64,000 bases of DNA from the human T2T-CHM13v2.0 reference genome, Homo sapiens: assembly GCF_009914755.1 (NCBI RefSeq), contig NC_060945.1; one strand, written 5' to 3'. Under the pieces are notes generated by a model. That model saw only the letters and a list, made by a program, of their open reading frames with translations. It was not told where the DNA came from and made no database searches. Made by a program: the position numbers and the translations under genes. Positions within the stretch are counted from its first letter, which is position 1; the number at the start of each line of letters is the position of its first letter. This document shows positions 1-13,673 of the stretch, piece by piece.

Positions 1-200
1 TTGCACATCAAACTAGAACAATTACAGCCACAATGCATGACAAAGGCTTAGTTAAGATAGAAAAAGGATTAAATTTTTAGTTGGAAGGCATGAACTGATA
101 CTTGTGCAAATTGATGGGAATTGGGTTCAGTACTATCCATGCTTTCAGGCATCCACTGGAGCTTTGGATCATATCCTTGGTGAATAAGCGGGGACTACTG
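1..200 (+). mobile_element. MER44 (Tigger7-derived) DNA transposon, right part
   Basis: Matches the recalled MER44 end (GGTTCAGTACTATCC...CAGGCATCCACTGG...GGGACTACTG) and is followed by the TA target dinucleotide at 201-202. Confidence 0.8.
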
Positions 201-778
201 TAATGAGGATAGACAGCTCTACTAGGTGGCAAACTTTGGATGTTTTCAGTTACCCTCATATTTTATACATTTGGAAAATGAGGTCCAGAGAATTTAAGCA
301 ACTTTCTGTTATTAAATGCTTAATTAATCCCAAATTCTAAAACACACATTTTAAAATATAAAAGTCATAATATAATAATTCAGCACTTAAGTCTTCAAAT
401 ATTGTGAGGAATGCTAATGGTTGAAACCAGAACCCTCTAGGAGTTGAGATTGAGGTTACTTTAAAGTTTCAGGCTCTGTCTCAATGGTTTGCCTCATGCA
501 AGTGGGTCCAGTGTACAGAATTACATTAAAAAGACTCCAATTTTTGAAAAGAAGATGATAAACTAATGTAAGTTTTCTGTCCACATATTGCAAATAGAAG
601 CAAGAAAGAAAAAGAGGCTAGGCAGAAAAACCAAGAGAGGTCATCAATTTTGTGAGCTTAGCTATGACTTAGTGACTTAGTTCACAAAGTGAAAGTACTG
701 AAAAAAAAAAAAGCCTTCAGAAGCGAGACCAACATTGTCATCTAGTCCTATACCTTGATACTGAATCTTATTATAATA

Positions 779-1089
779 CAGTTGACCATTGAACAACATG
801 GGGTTGACCTACACAAGTTCACTTACACATGGATTTATTTTTCAATAAAAGTTATATGTGTGCCTGCTTCTTCTGCCTCCCCTTCCACCTCCTCCACCTC
901 TTCTGCCTCTACCTTCCGAGACAGCAAGACAAACCCTTCTTCTCTCTCCTCCTCCTCAGCCTATTCAATGTGAAGACAAGATGAAGACCTTTATGAGGAT
1001 CCACTTCCATTTAATAAATGGAATGACTTAAGACTTTTATCTTCTTTATGATTTTTCTAATAGCATTTGCTTTTCTATAGCCTACTTTA
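779..1089 (+). mobile_element. Tigger2a-like DNA transposon fragment
   Basis: TA then terminal repeat CAGTTGACCATTGAACAAC; characteristic CCTCC-rich tract and GAAGACCTTTATGAGGATCCACTTCCA. Confidence 0.8.
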
Positions 1090-1624
1090 GCCTATCTTGC
1101 CTTAACTCTTTGAGACTACGTAGTCTTTTGGTGCTGCTTCCCTCTGTAACACATCATTTCTTGTGCTCCTTTTGAGCCAGATTTTGGATTCATTTGCAAA
1201 TCACCTAGCATGGCTGAACTAAAAGGATGCTATTATTTTCTGAATCTACATGAGCTGCCAGATCTACTGCTCACAAATAAAGTACTATGGGCTCTCTGTT
1301 CAGAACTGATTTGCTCAGGTAGATCAGACGATTAACCCAGTTCCATTAACCATTACAAGGGTGGATCTCCTCGGATATGTGGATACAGAAAAGAAGCCTT
1401 CCATGCTGGGGGGGCAATTTGTAGTGGTGGGTCATCAGAGGAGCAGGAATTCCTAAATAAATATACCGTATATCTTCTCTTCTAGCCACTGAACAGCACT
1501 GAGAGAATAAATGGCCCAGCCCTGACTTTTGGGTTCCCATAGCAATGTGTTTATGTTCTTACTTTGGTCATAGCACTAACCATAACATATTATGCTCATG
1601 TATTTATCACACTGTCATCCCAAG

Positions 1625-1740
1625 CAATTTGTGAACTCCTCGACACCAAGGATTGAGTCCTATTTATTCTTGTACTCCTGGCAGATCTCACAGTGTTTTT
1701 TACATAGTAGATCCTCAAAATGTGATGTTGACCTAATTTT
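1625..1740 (+). mobile_element. L2 3' end fragment
   Basis: Degenerate TGTGAACTCC...ACATAGTAGATCCTCAAAA resembling the L2 tail. Confidence 0.5.
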
Positions 1741-2280
1741 CCATGGTGAGTCATTGAATCAATTATAACACTCAGTGAACTGTTTAGATGGAAAAGAACT
1801 TCCATGTGATGTAAGGGGTCAAATGTAGGTAGGGAAGCTGCAGATTATTTATAGTATCACATTTGATGCAGCTTAGAACAGAAATCATGACTTTTCACTT
1901 TATCCTCAGAGTCACTTTGCTGAGAAGGCATAAAGTGGCCAGGATTGATAGTTTTACAACATGATAATCAGCCAGGGTTTACAAGGCACTCTGCACAACT
2001 CTGAAATACGCTGCCATTTTTATTCTCTCCTGCAGGATGTACATTGCACATACTAAAGGCACTGAGTTACAGGGCACTCTTTCAGTTTGTTTCTACTAGA
2101 AGTTTCCAAATGAGTTTGAGCATAGACTCTCTCTCTATACCAAACACTACCTCTTGCCCTCATAAGAAATTAGCATTGTACAAAACACATTTTTCAAGAT
2201 GGTGGTTCTAAGTCATTGGTCAAAACCACATTGGCATATGGGGATCAGAAGAAAACAGTGCCAAAAGAATAAGAAGACCA

Positions 2281-2722
<442 letters not shown>

Positions 2723-2918
2723 TCACTAATGCACAGGGATCTGCAGGTAAAATCTGGGGGGAACATTTTAGTAAAAACGTAAAGGTATAAAGGACATTTG
2801 CTGATACCCAAGTCAACTGGGTGACTCTCTTATTTACAGATCTTTGGGACATGAATTGCTCCATATCTAGGCCTGCATACACAAATAGATATGCTCTTAT
2901 TAGAAATGTATTGGTGCA

Positions 2919-3225
2919 GGCCAAGCGTGGTGGCTCACACCTGTAATCCCAGCACTTTGGGAGGCTGAGGCGGGTGGATAACTTGAGCTTAGGAATTCAA
3001 GACCAGCCTGGCCAACATGGGGGAAACCCACCTCTACTAAAAATACAAAAAAATTAGCCGGGCATGGTGGCACATGCCTGTAGTCCCAGATACTTGGGAG
3101 GCTGAGGCACGAGAATTGTTTGAACCCAGGAGGTGGAGGTTGCAGTGAGGCAAAGATCATGCCACTGTGCTCCAGCCTCAGCTATAGAGTAAGACCCTGT
3201 CTTGTCTCAAAAAAGAAAGGAAAAA
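2919..3225 (+). mobile_element. AluS
   Basis: Full dimer with A-rich tail and imperfect TSD AGAAATGTATT..GTGCA. Confidence 0.93.
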
Positions 3226-6200
3226 GAAATGTATTATGTGCAAAGCATTACACAAGACATTTGGAGAAATGCATAAGCACATTCTTACAGGTCATTTTGG
3301 TAGACCACAAATATATGTTTGAAAAAAAATCAAAGAAATAATTCATCCCAATGTATGGGAAGTGACAAATTAGAAGCAGAATAAATAGGGGCATTGAAAG
3401 TTCAGAGATGGGAGGGAGGAATCACTGTGGCCCATGACTTTCTGAGAATGATTTACCAGGGAAGATGGGTTTTATTTAGAATCCAAAGGCTGGGTAAAAT
3501 TTTGGTAATCGGCAAGGAAAGAGGAGGACATTTTAGTGCTGGTGATTAATGTGAGTAAAGGTAGAGATGCTAGGCTGTGTAAGAAGTGTTTGTGATCAGG
3601 ATGACGGAAATTTTTAAAAATGTTTCAAATTTAAAAAATAAAAAGGGTAGAGGGAGTAACGTCCAGACTGCTGTGGGTGAAACCTTGATTCTATCCTACA
3701 GAAAGAGGAACTATTAAATATTTTTGAAAAATAAAAATGTAACAGGACAAAAATGGTGGATAAAAATCAATGGGTAGTAATGTGGATCACAGGTTACATA
3801 AAAGAGAGGACCTAAATGAAGTGATTTTAAAAATAAACAGCTCTTTGTGCCTTATTTATATTTTTTCAAGTCAAAATCTTCAGAGAAAAAGCCAAATGAA
3901 AAGGACAAAGCAGGAAAGTATTTCTTGAGATGTACTTATAGAACCCAATAGGTATTTAAAAAGAAAAAGAAAAAGAAAAAAAAAAAAAGAAATGTATTTA
4001 TAATGTCAAGGTAGTAAAATCCAGCAGAAAGATGAGAGAACAAATGTTTGGCTCAATCAGCATTAAGGGACGTGGATTAGGGAGTATCTAGAATAAACCT
4101 AATCTTACTCTGGTAAACCCTTAAAGTGGTTTTAATTTTCCAGGTAGATTCAGAGTACAGCAAGCAAATAGAGACTGAACCTCGAGGAACACTGACAGTT
4201 TGGAGGTAGAGATTCATAACAAGCTTTACCCTCCAAAGCAGTTTGAACTCTTTCAAAGATATCTCATGATCCGATTTCTTGACTGCAACTCTTATTATTG
4301 TTTCTATTTTTCTACAGGGGCGCGTCTTTCAACTCTTCTATGTGTCTGGTCTAATCCACCTTTCCTTTGGCCTCTCATCTCAAGATACTCTCAGCGTCTT
4401 CTTATAATTTCTTGTCAAATTAGCACATTCTCTTTTTTTTCCCCTCCTAAGTAGTTTCCTCCTCACTCATCCCTGAAGTAGGCTTTTCATCAATTAGTTT
4501 TTTTTGTTTATAGTACAGACATGGAATACTTAGTAATGTCCCAAGAGTACTCTCATCTCAGCTAAGCATGGTGTATTTACAATACTCCTACAATTGGAAG
4601 CAAAGATGGTTTCATCTCAGGACTAAACATTAGTTACTTTTAATGCATCTGTTTCATTTTTACTTTAAAAGAGGTAATATTACTGTAATTACATTAAATG
4701 TCTACTTTAATACCATGCCTTTAAAAGCAAGACAAATTAAAATTCCTTTCTTTCTAGAACAAGAATTGATATGTCGCTCCTGCTGATAAGAGAAGCTCTC
4801 TAGGGAGTATGGAGGCAAGAAACGCTTGATAGTCAGAGAAGCTTATTGGAGAAAGATTCTAGCCTTCTGTAAAATATAAAAATCATGTGAGACAAAAAGC
4901 CAAAAGATTTTTAGGAAAATGGAAAAGGTACATTAATGAAATAATGCTGAAACTTTACTTCATTAAGTTTATTCATTTATTCCTCATCTTTCCCACCTCT
5001 ACCTACAGCCACAAATAGCTTTTCAAATTTTGCCCAAAACCAGTTTGCAATATTTATCAGGCGAATTTAATTTTCATTGTTTCCAAATACAGCACTCAAA
5101 AAATCCCACAAAAGGTTGTACTGAACAATCAACCTCTAAAAGGAAAAACAAAATCCATACCTGTTATAAATGTCTTTCTCTATACCTGGACATTTTTGCT
5201 ATTATCTTGAATTTTCTAAGAAATGTATTCAGTTCTCTAGAACTAGAACACCAATTCACATCCACTGATATACTTCCACTGGGTTTGTTCTTCATTTGCT
5301 ATATAGATAGTATGAGATACTCATGATGTTAACCCTTTTAAACACCACCAACCACAAAAAAATGGTACCCATGTACTTTTGGAGAATGGACAATAATCCT
5401 TATAATGGGATTCAGTATGTAAAATTTAGAAATATCGCACTTTTGGCAATCTTTGTATATCCCAAAATACAAAGCACTGCTAGTAAAAGCAATTTTCAAT
5501 AGCGGAGACATTTGTCTTTTGAATATAAATCACCAAATCATTTGTGACATCTAGGCAGTTTTATTTGTTCAGATATCAATCTATATGTGAATACTGAGTG
5601 TGGAAGGGTTGCTTATAAAGTTGATAATAAAAGCAATAATGGGTAGACTGACAATATTTTGATAATGTCACCAAAATCTGGTGCTATATGGTTTGAATTT
5701 TATGTGACATGTAAAGAATGTGGTCATCAAAACAAGGATAGAAAAGGATATGACGTTTCCCTGCCCCTACCTCATTATGAAAAAGTAGTCTTACATTTTA
5801 GAAAAGATAAATGTATTAATATGTTACACTTCAAATGTTGTTCTCTGCTGCGCAGCGAAATTTGATCAGGAAGCTGCCAATAATAAATTCCGGTTGACAA
5901 ATAGCAAATTCTACCGGGCTGAAACAAAACTCAGTTCTGAAAATCGTCAGAGAAATCTTTGTGAGTTGTAGAAAACTACGTAAGTTTAAATTCAGAAATA
6001 CTGATTTCCACAATAATTAATTCTGCTTTATTCAAAAGAACCAATATTTATTAGACTATAGCAGGTTTTTTGATGTAGAGTTTAATACTATGGCAAATTT
6101 ACCTGAGTACTCTTTTTGTATTTGCTATTTAATATATACAATTTTATAAATCAGAAGACCTTATTTATAGTTCTATAAAATCTATCATATCGTATCTTTT

Positions 6201-6579
6201 TTCTTTCAAGAAATATATAAGATTGATATTTCTTCCTTTCTTCTCATTTTTTGTCATGACAACTTTTCCAGATACAATGCCATGTGAGCATTCCCAACCT
6301 GCTTAACTGATGGGAAGAGATAAAATTTTTTAAAATGTTTGGGCAAAATCTGGGTCAATTTCTACTTTCAAATAAATCACTACAACAACTTTTATTTACT
6401 AAAATGTAGCATATGCTAGTTATTTTAGAAAATTTACGACAATGTTATATAGCTAGTTAATTTCAAAATTAAGATTCAAAATATTTATGTTCTTTCATGA
6501 ATTACAGGAACTAAGTAGCAATTGCTTACAGAGAAAAATAATGTAACAAAATTTATCGCCACTAATTTTGAAACCCTGT

Positions 6580-8800
6580 GTGGGCTCCTGCCCTAGCCCA
6601 CACTCTTTCTCCTTCATTCAGAGGTAAATACAATTCTAAATAATGTGTTCATCCTTCTTTTTTCCTTTGTTTTGCTTTTATCACGTATGTTAGATTCCCT
6701 AAGCCAAATGATATTTAGTTTTCAAAGCCTTGTACTTTATACAGGTAGGATTTTGTCTGCATTATCCTGTGATTTGATCTTTTGTTTAAGCATTATGATC
6801 CTGGGATTCATTTATGTTATCTTGTGTGTACTTTATTAAGTTTTCAGGCCTGGATTATATTCCATTCCATGCATATACATCAAGATATTTGTTTACTCCA
6901 TTGTGGATGAATTTGGGTTTCTTTCCAAGATTTGTCTTTTAAGAACAGTGTTATTGTGAATATTCCTATACATGTTTTCTGATTCACAGATATAGATTCT
7001 CTAGGACATTGGATTTTATACTTTTGACTATAAAATGCATTTTATTCAACAACCCTATCTAAACATATTGTATAGTGTATAGGAATGAGTTATGTATGTG
7101 TTTGTAAAACTAAAACCAAAATAATATAAAATATACCATTAAAATTTCTATTCTACCTACTCTATTCTACTTAGTTCTATTTAATTAAAACAAACAAACA
7201 AATGAACAAAAACAACAACAACAACCATGCTGGTCTTGAGCCACTGGAAATCTTGAGCCGACACTAAGTTGTAACCTTTGGTTTCAACACATTGCTCTGT
7301 GATATATTTGGCTGCTTTAAGGTATATTGAAGAGTGGAATTAGGAGGCTTAGCATATTTTAGGCCGGATAAGTTACACAAGTGGTGGTAAAACAATCACC
7401 CAAACATATTGGAGTCCTCACTGTAGTAACTTTTACATCTCAACACTCATGTAACCTCTGCTACAGGAAAGGAGTGGCGCTTATATCCACATAGACACAG
7501 ACCCAGATTTACCATGGGTCCTCCAGGGACAAGATAGACCCATGGGTTGTGCATTTTTGTGACTAATGTTTCTTTTGCTCACCGCTCAGTAAGTAAAATC
7601 TAGCAGGAAATGTGGCCTATCAGATGAATATCTGGTGAATGCTACTGTCTTTGCCACAGAGGGTATGTGTTTCTTCAACTTAATAGTATTAAACTGTTCT
7701 CCAAATGATTGTATCAATTTACACTTTCATTAGCAGTATATACTTATACTGGGAGCTCCACATTGTCACACATACTTGCATTGGCAGGATATTTAATGTT
7801 TAATAGGTATGAAATCCTAACTCATTGTGATATTAATTTCTACTACCTTATAAATGAGTTTGATCGTCTTTTTATATGTTTCTGGGTCAATTTCCTTTCT
7901 TTCTTTGTTAAATGCCTTTCTTTCTCTGCTGAAGGCATTCTTTGCTATTTTATCTCAGATTATTTGTCATTTTCCTGTTTGGTCTATTAGTGTTATTATA
8001 TATTCATTATTCTTTTTGTATTCTTTATGTATTATTAGTTGTAAGTGGTGCAAATAATTTCTTTCCCTTTTCATTTTTTACAGTACTTTTGTATAAAATG
8101 GATGTAGTTGAATTGATCAGTCTTTTACTTTATGTATACTTTTTGGCTCTTGTCTAAAAATGCTTTCCTTTCTTATGTTGCACAGTGATTTTAAAAATAA
8201 TTTCCGCTAAAAGTTTTTCCTTCTATATAAAAGAGCTTATTTTCATGTATGGTATGGGGAAGAATAAATTCAGGAAGTTTAATATACCAAATAAATGGGC
8301 AGGGATTAGTAATATGGAAAAAGAACAGAATAGAGACTCCAGAAATAAATTATTGCATATAAGAATATTTTAATTTGTAAAACCAGAGGCAGTTTATATC
8401 ATAGAGGAAATGGTGAGCTTGTCATTAAATGGTGTGGGACAATTGTTCATCCATGTGGAAAAATATTGACATCTATCTGTATTAATCTGTTTACGTGCAT
8501 TTGTATCTATGTCTAAACATATTCTATATTTATATTATGCTTGCACACCTTCCCCCATCATACATAATAATATGCTCTTTATATTTTTATGTTATGAAAT
8601 TTTAAATTTTTACTCATACACATTAATCCTGGAATATAGAGACAGATTTGACTTTGGTATATTAATGTTGTATCTAGAAAATTTGATAAACTCATTAATT
8701 TTAACATTTATGATCATTTTAAAGGGTTTTCTATACATAGAGTAATGTTATCTAAGAAGAGTAACAGATTACCTCTTTATTTTCATATCTTTAATTTCCT
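6580..8800 (-). mobile_element. Old L1M (L1ME-like) fragments, interrupted, with an internal inverted segment at ~8262-8470
   Basis: T-rich antisense L1 3'/ORF2-like motifs (e.g. TTGTATCAATTTACACTTTCATTAGCAGT, GACTTTGGTATATTAATGTTGTATCTAG); boundaries approximate. Confidence 0.6.
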
Positions 8801-9884
8801 TAATGGCACCATAAGCAGTGAAGTTGTATACTGTCCCATGTATACTTGACCAGAATACATATTCTGAAGTTAATGGTTCAGAATTATATATAAACTCAAT
8901 CAATCTAGCATTTCATTTGTATGAAGCTGACATAAGTTTTCCTCTCTACTCTCATTGTTACTATTGAATCCTCACAATGTTAAGAGGTAGATTGGGCTGT
9001 TATACTCTCAGGCTTAGAGAAGTTGAATAACTTGACTTAGGCCAAACACTTAGTAAGTGGAAGATGATCACAGGTTTCTGTCTCCAATTGCCGTGCAATT
9101 AACCTATATGCTACTCTGGCAACTCTAACTGAAAAAAGGTAAGTTTACTCCAGGATAAAACCAGTGAAAAACAGCAATCTTTTTATTAAACCATATTCTT
9201 GTCTAGTCTCTTCTACAGAGTGACCTTGAAAGCAATCTCAGTGTTTTCTAGGGCAAACTAAATTGATGACACTTTTTGATAAAGTCCCAGAATCATCTTA
9301 TTGACAACCACATTACACATTCAAGTTATTACCCTATTGCATATCCACATTAAAGATATTCAATTTGGTGATTAGCGGTTCAACTTAACAAATTAGCTAA
9401 ATTCCTTCCTTTTTCTATTTTTCTTGATAATATAAATACAAACTCTGAGATGTCCCCTGGTCTCTGGAAAGGTGTAATTTAAATGACAGCTGAGTTTTGT
9501 ATCACAAAAGAACTCAAATAGAGAAACGATTCGTAATGGATTTTATCACTTTGTTAATCATTTAAAGCTACCTTGCATGACAGAGACAGATAACTCTTCA
9601 CTCTTTAGCCATTTAATATATGAAGATATTAAACCTCTTGAGTATTCTTGATGGAATACATCAGACGATATTTATTTTCTTACTGGGCAAGCACTCTAGT
9701 ATATTAAAGAAGAAGAAGCTGTTATTCAACCGAAGTTTTAACTAGACTGACTCTGGGGCTCATAATGGTAATCCACAATTTGCCAAGATATTTATTCTAT
9801 TCCATTTGAGCAGCAGCATGGTTTAATGAGAAACATTGCTCTTTCCTATGGCTTCTGTAGCACTGTAATTTTACCACATTATTT

Positions 9885-10368
9885 GTATTATGGGATATTT
9901 GATTGTCATTTCTAATCCTTCATTCTTCCCAATATCATTCTCTTTGCCATGTGACTTTATATTTCCTCTCACTAGTAGTGGAGTATATTTCCCCGCCCCA
10001 TTGACGCTGAATTTTGCCATGTGATTTTCTTTGGTCACTGTCATACGAGTAAAAATGACTGTGGCAGTTCCAAATCTAGACTTTTAACAGCATTGCCCAT
10101 TTATGCATACCCCTCTTGCATTTCTGCCATCGTAATTAGAAGAATATGCCTTGGCAAATCCGTTGATCCAAGGAAGATTAGAGACACATGTAATACAGCC
10201 CCAGTCTTCAGCTTGATTCCAAGGGTAGCCAAATTCAGCTCCTTAATCAGCCAGCTTCCAGCTGACCTGCAAGCACACGAACTTGAACAAGTGATTGTTG
10301 TAAGCCACTAGTTTTTAGGGAGTTTTTCTCTTCCAAGACATTATTGCTGCAATTGGTGGTTTATGTAC
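9885..10368 (+). mobile_element. MLT1 (MLT1H/I-like) MaLR LTR
   Basis: TTTGCCATGTGACTTT...CCCCATTGAC...GCCATGTGA...TTGTTGTAAGCCACTAGTTTT motifs typical of MLT1. Confidence 0.7.
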
Positions 10369-11129
10369 ATACGTTCAAGAAATGCCTTCAAAACTCTTGT
10401 ATGTTAGACACTAACCTAGATGTTGATTAAATAGTAGATGAAAGAATAGTGATATATGTTCTCATAAACTACCATTTAGAGAGTGATAGAGACAAGTTGA
10501 TGGATAATAAAATATAATATGGGTAAATGTTTTGATCAGAGCATGGTGTTGTGGGAATATATGAGCCTGGTGCCTCATTTATACCTGTGGGTTTGCCTTA
10601 ACTCTCCATAAGAAGTCATGACTATGTCAACAGTGGGACTGGTAAAAACTGTATAAAGGAATGACATTTACTCCAAATAGAGTTAGCAGTGTGAGTGATC
10701 AGAGGGCATAGAGTACTCGATGAGCTGGAAGGAGATGAGATTGGCTATAGTGAATGTTGGAGGAAGAGTGGAGGGAGAAGCTTGTAATGTATGTGCTTTA
10801 GCTAATGCAACACCATGGTAACTATTATAGTGTTTGGACTTGACTCAAGAGCAATGGTACTGGTGGTGTTGTTAGGAGGGAATTCTAGTTTTCCTTTACT
10901 ACACCTGTTATTATTTAGTTGTCTTTCCCATGAGAAGATGAGAATATCGGTATCCTCAGTGCCAGACAAATTGCTTTTTCCTGGAGCATACATTTAATGC
11001 ATTCAATGTGTAAAATGGCATTTAACACACTGAATGCATTACAGATTTATATGTGCCAGTTTCAGTTTCTGGGAGGCAAATGGGGATGTGAACAAAACAA
11101 ATGGTTAGTCATGTTTCATATAAGTTTAG

Positions 11130-11360
11130 GATCAACTTATTAGATCATCTTGAATGCCTTTCCCTGCCAATTCAGGATGAATTAAACTCTGGCCTAGCCA
11201 TTTCCCAGTGGTTTGTCTAGCCTAATTTTAAAATAATCAAACGAAGGGACTTAAATTAGCTGGGGAAATTATTCCATGCTTTAATAGATTTTGATGCTAG
11301 GAATGTTTTTCTGACAGTCTAACCAAATTTTCCTTCCACGATTTTATCCTATTACTTTTA
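11130..11360 (-). mobile_element. CR1/L3-like LINE fragment
   Basis: TATTCCATGCTTTAATAGA...TAGGAATGTTTTTCTGACAGTCTAACCAAATTTTCC resembles the antisense CR1 3' region. Confidence 0.45.
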
Positions 11361-12571
11361 GTTCCGATTTAAAACCATCTGAATACTCTCTTTTCCTTTT
11401 AAGTAGTCACACAATCACCTAATGTTAATATCAGTGGTTTTCTTTCCTTCATTTGCCAGACCCTTGTTTTTTCACACATATTGAAGTTACATTTTTTTCT
11501 CTAGATTTATTAGCTTACATATTTTGGTCCATTTTACTCTATTTTTCATCCGGGCTTTAACACTTATATCCTGTTTATATCATCTTCCCCAGTAGTATTT
11601 GTATCATGTCCCCGATGAGGATAATTAGTGAGCTGTTTGTTCTCCTTTCAAAGCCATGAATAGAGATGTTCTGTAAAATGAAGCTCTTACGCTGATCTTC
11701 ACTTGGTCCGCTGGGAGACTTCCTCACAGCTATGCACTCTGCCCTTATCATGAGTTGTTTTTTACATTTCTTCCAGTTTTCAAAATATGTTAGTAGCAAA
11801 ACATGCAAATCTACTGAAAATTGTCAAATATGTGCTTGCGATGTGTTCAACAAAAGAGAACCAATTAAAATATGTTTTTGATTTAGACACTACAGAGTAC
11901 AGAGTCTTAGTACTCAGGATCTGTAGTTAAGGTTCCTTCCAAGAGACAATAACTTCATGACAAATTGCACACTCAGCAAAGCTGTCGAGACTGGGTCTTG
12001 GCAGTTTTTGTCCATGGTGGGAAGTGTTAGCAGAGCTTTGACTTTTCGCAGCGCTTGGCGTATTGAGTTGAAGCAGGAGATTTTCAGGGAAGTGTTTTTC
12101 ATGTCTGGCTACTCTCGATTTGGAAGAAGCATTAATTCTAGGGTGATCAACTCCTTTGCCATGCCCTAACATTAGCATTGTTGGCTACTCTTTGGTTCTA
12201 AAGAACATTTTCCAAAATTGTTTTTTTTTTTTTTGTATGGTCTTGTTAAAAAAAGAATGCTACGTGGAAATGTAAAGATGGAAACGGGGGAGGAAATGAA
12301 CATAGAGGATGAGCAAATATTGAACTATTAGGCATACACACAAATATTTCCCTCTCTATATACAAAGACACTTTCCCAAAATGTTAGAAATGGAGAAAAT
12401 CTCTAGTTCTGAATTAGGCAATTGTGTTAAATACAGTGTCTTCTGCCCAAAAGAACATACACTCCAGATATAACCAGTGGAGGACACACTAAGGAAGATC
12501 TACACGTTTTGAAAGGCTGCATGAATCATTTTTCTTCTGTCTCAGGACAACCCAGTTGGGGCACGTCTAGT

Positions 12572-12700
12572 GTTACTCCCAATTCTGAGATCAGGAAAAT
12601 TAGGATTAGATAGTTGGACTGACTTGTCAAAGGGCCACCTATGAGTAAATGCTGCAACTGAATTCTAACTCAGGGTTGTCAGATAGCTGAGCCAGGTTTT
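12572..12700 (-). mobile_element. MIR fragment
   Basis: CCCAATTCTGAGATCAGGAAAATTAGG...GACTTGTCAAAGGGCCAC resembles the MIR core. Confidence 0.55.
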
Positions 12701-13206
12701 AAATGCCATATATACTGCACTTAAATGAGGTAATCAACGTAAAATATCATGCCTGACAAATAGTACAAGCTTCTTATCCACTGACTGTTATTACTAATCT
12801 GGATGAATAGTGGGACTTATTGCTTCTAACCCAAATCCAAGATTTTTGAAACAGTAGCTGTTGCCAAAATGCTATGAGAAAACTCTTCTAAGAGATCCCC
12901 ATGTGCTGATATGAAAAAAATATATTTTCTGCAAAAATAAGTTTATTTTCTTTTAGTTAAACACAAATAAAAACTTGAAAAAGTGTTATAGTGACTTTTT
13001 GGTAATCTTGCTTTGCCGTTAATTAGCTTTGTGAGATCTTTGAGTTAATTCTTCTAGCTTCAGTTGTTTTATTGTAAAATGAAGGTACTATGAGAAGTTA
13101 TAAAATGAGAGGATTCAAATGAAAGTACCCTGAGGATGACACAGCACTGCAGAGATGCATATGAATACTATTACTACTGTTACTACCCTCAATTTCCCAT
13201 CTAGAC

Positions 13207-13634
13207 CGTTAGGAGTTGAATGGTGGCCCTGAAAAAGGTAAGTCCACATCCTAATGCCTGGAACCTGTGAATGCTGCCTCATTTGGAAGAGGAGGTTTCA
13301 CAGAGGTAATCAAATTAAAGATTTGGATATGAGGAGATTTAAGGTGCATGATCTGGGTGGACCCTAAATCTAATGACAAATGTCCTTAAAGAGACATATA
13401 GAAAAGACACACACAGAGGAGAAGGTTATGTGAAGACAGAATCAGAGCTTAGACTAGTCTACAAGTCCAGGAATGTCAACAACCAGCAGAAACTGTAAGA
13501 GGTTTTCCTAGAACCCCCAGAGGAAGCAGGTCCCTGACGTTATCTTAATTTCAGACTCTTCATCTCCACAGTTCTGAAAGAATAAATTTCTGTTGTTTTA
13601 CGCCAGCTAGTTTGTGGTAGCCTCATGAAACCAA
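13207..13634 (+). mobile_element. MLT1B-like MaLR LTR
   Basis: GTTGAATGGTGGCCC...GGAACCTGTGAATG...GGGTGGACCCTAAATCTAATGAC...AGAATAAATTTCTGTTGTTTTA. Confidence 0.8.
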
Positions 13635-13637
13635 AAA

Positions 13638-13672
<35 letters not shown>

Positions 13673-13673
13673 A
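13635..13673 (+). repeat. (AAAT)n microsatellite
   Basis: About 9 perfect AAAT units. Confidence 0.95.
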
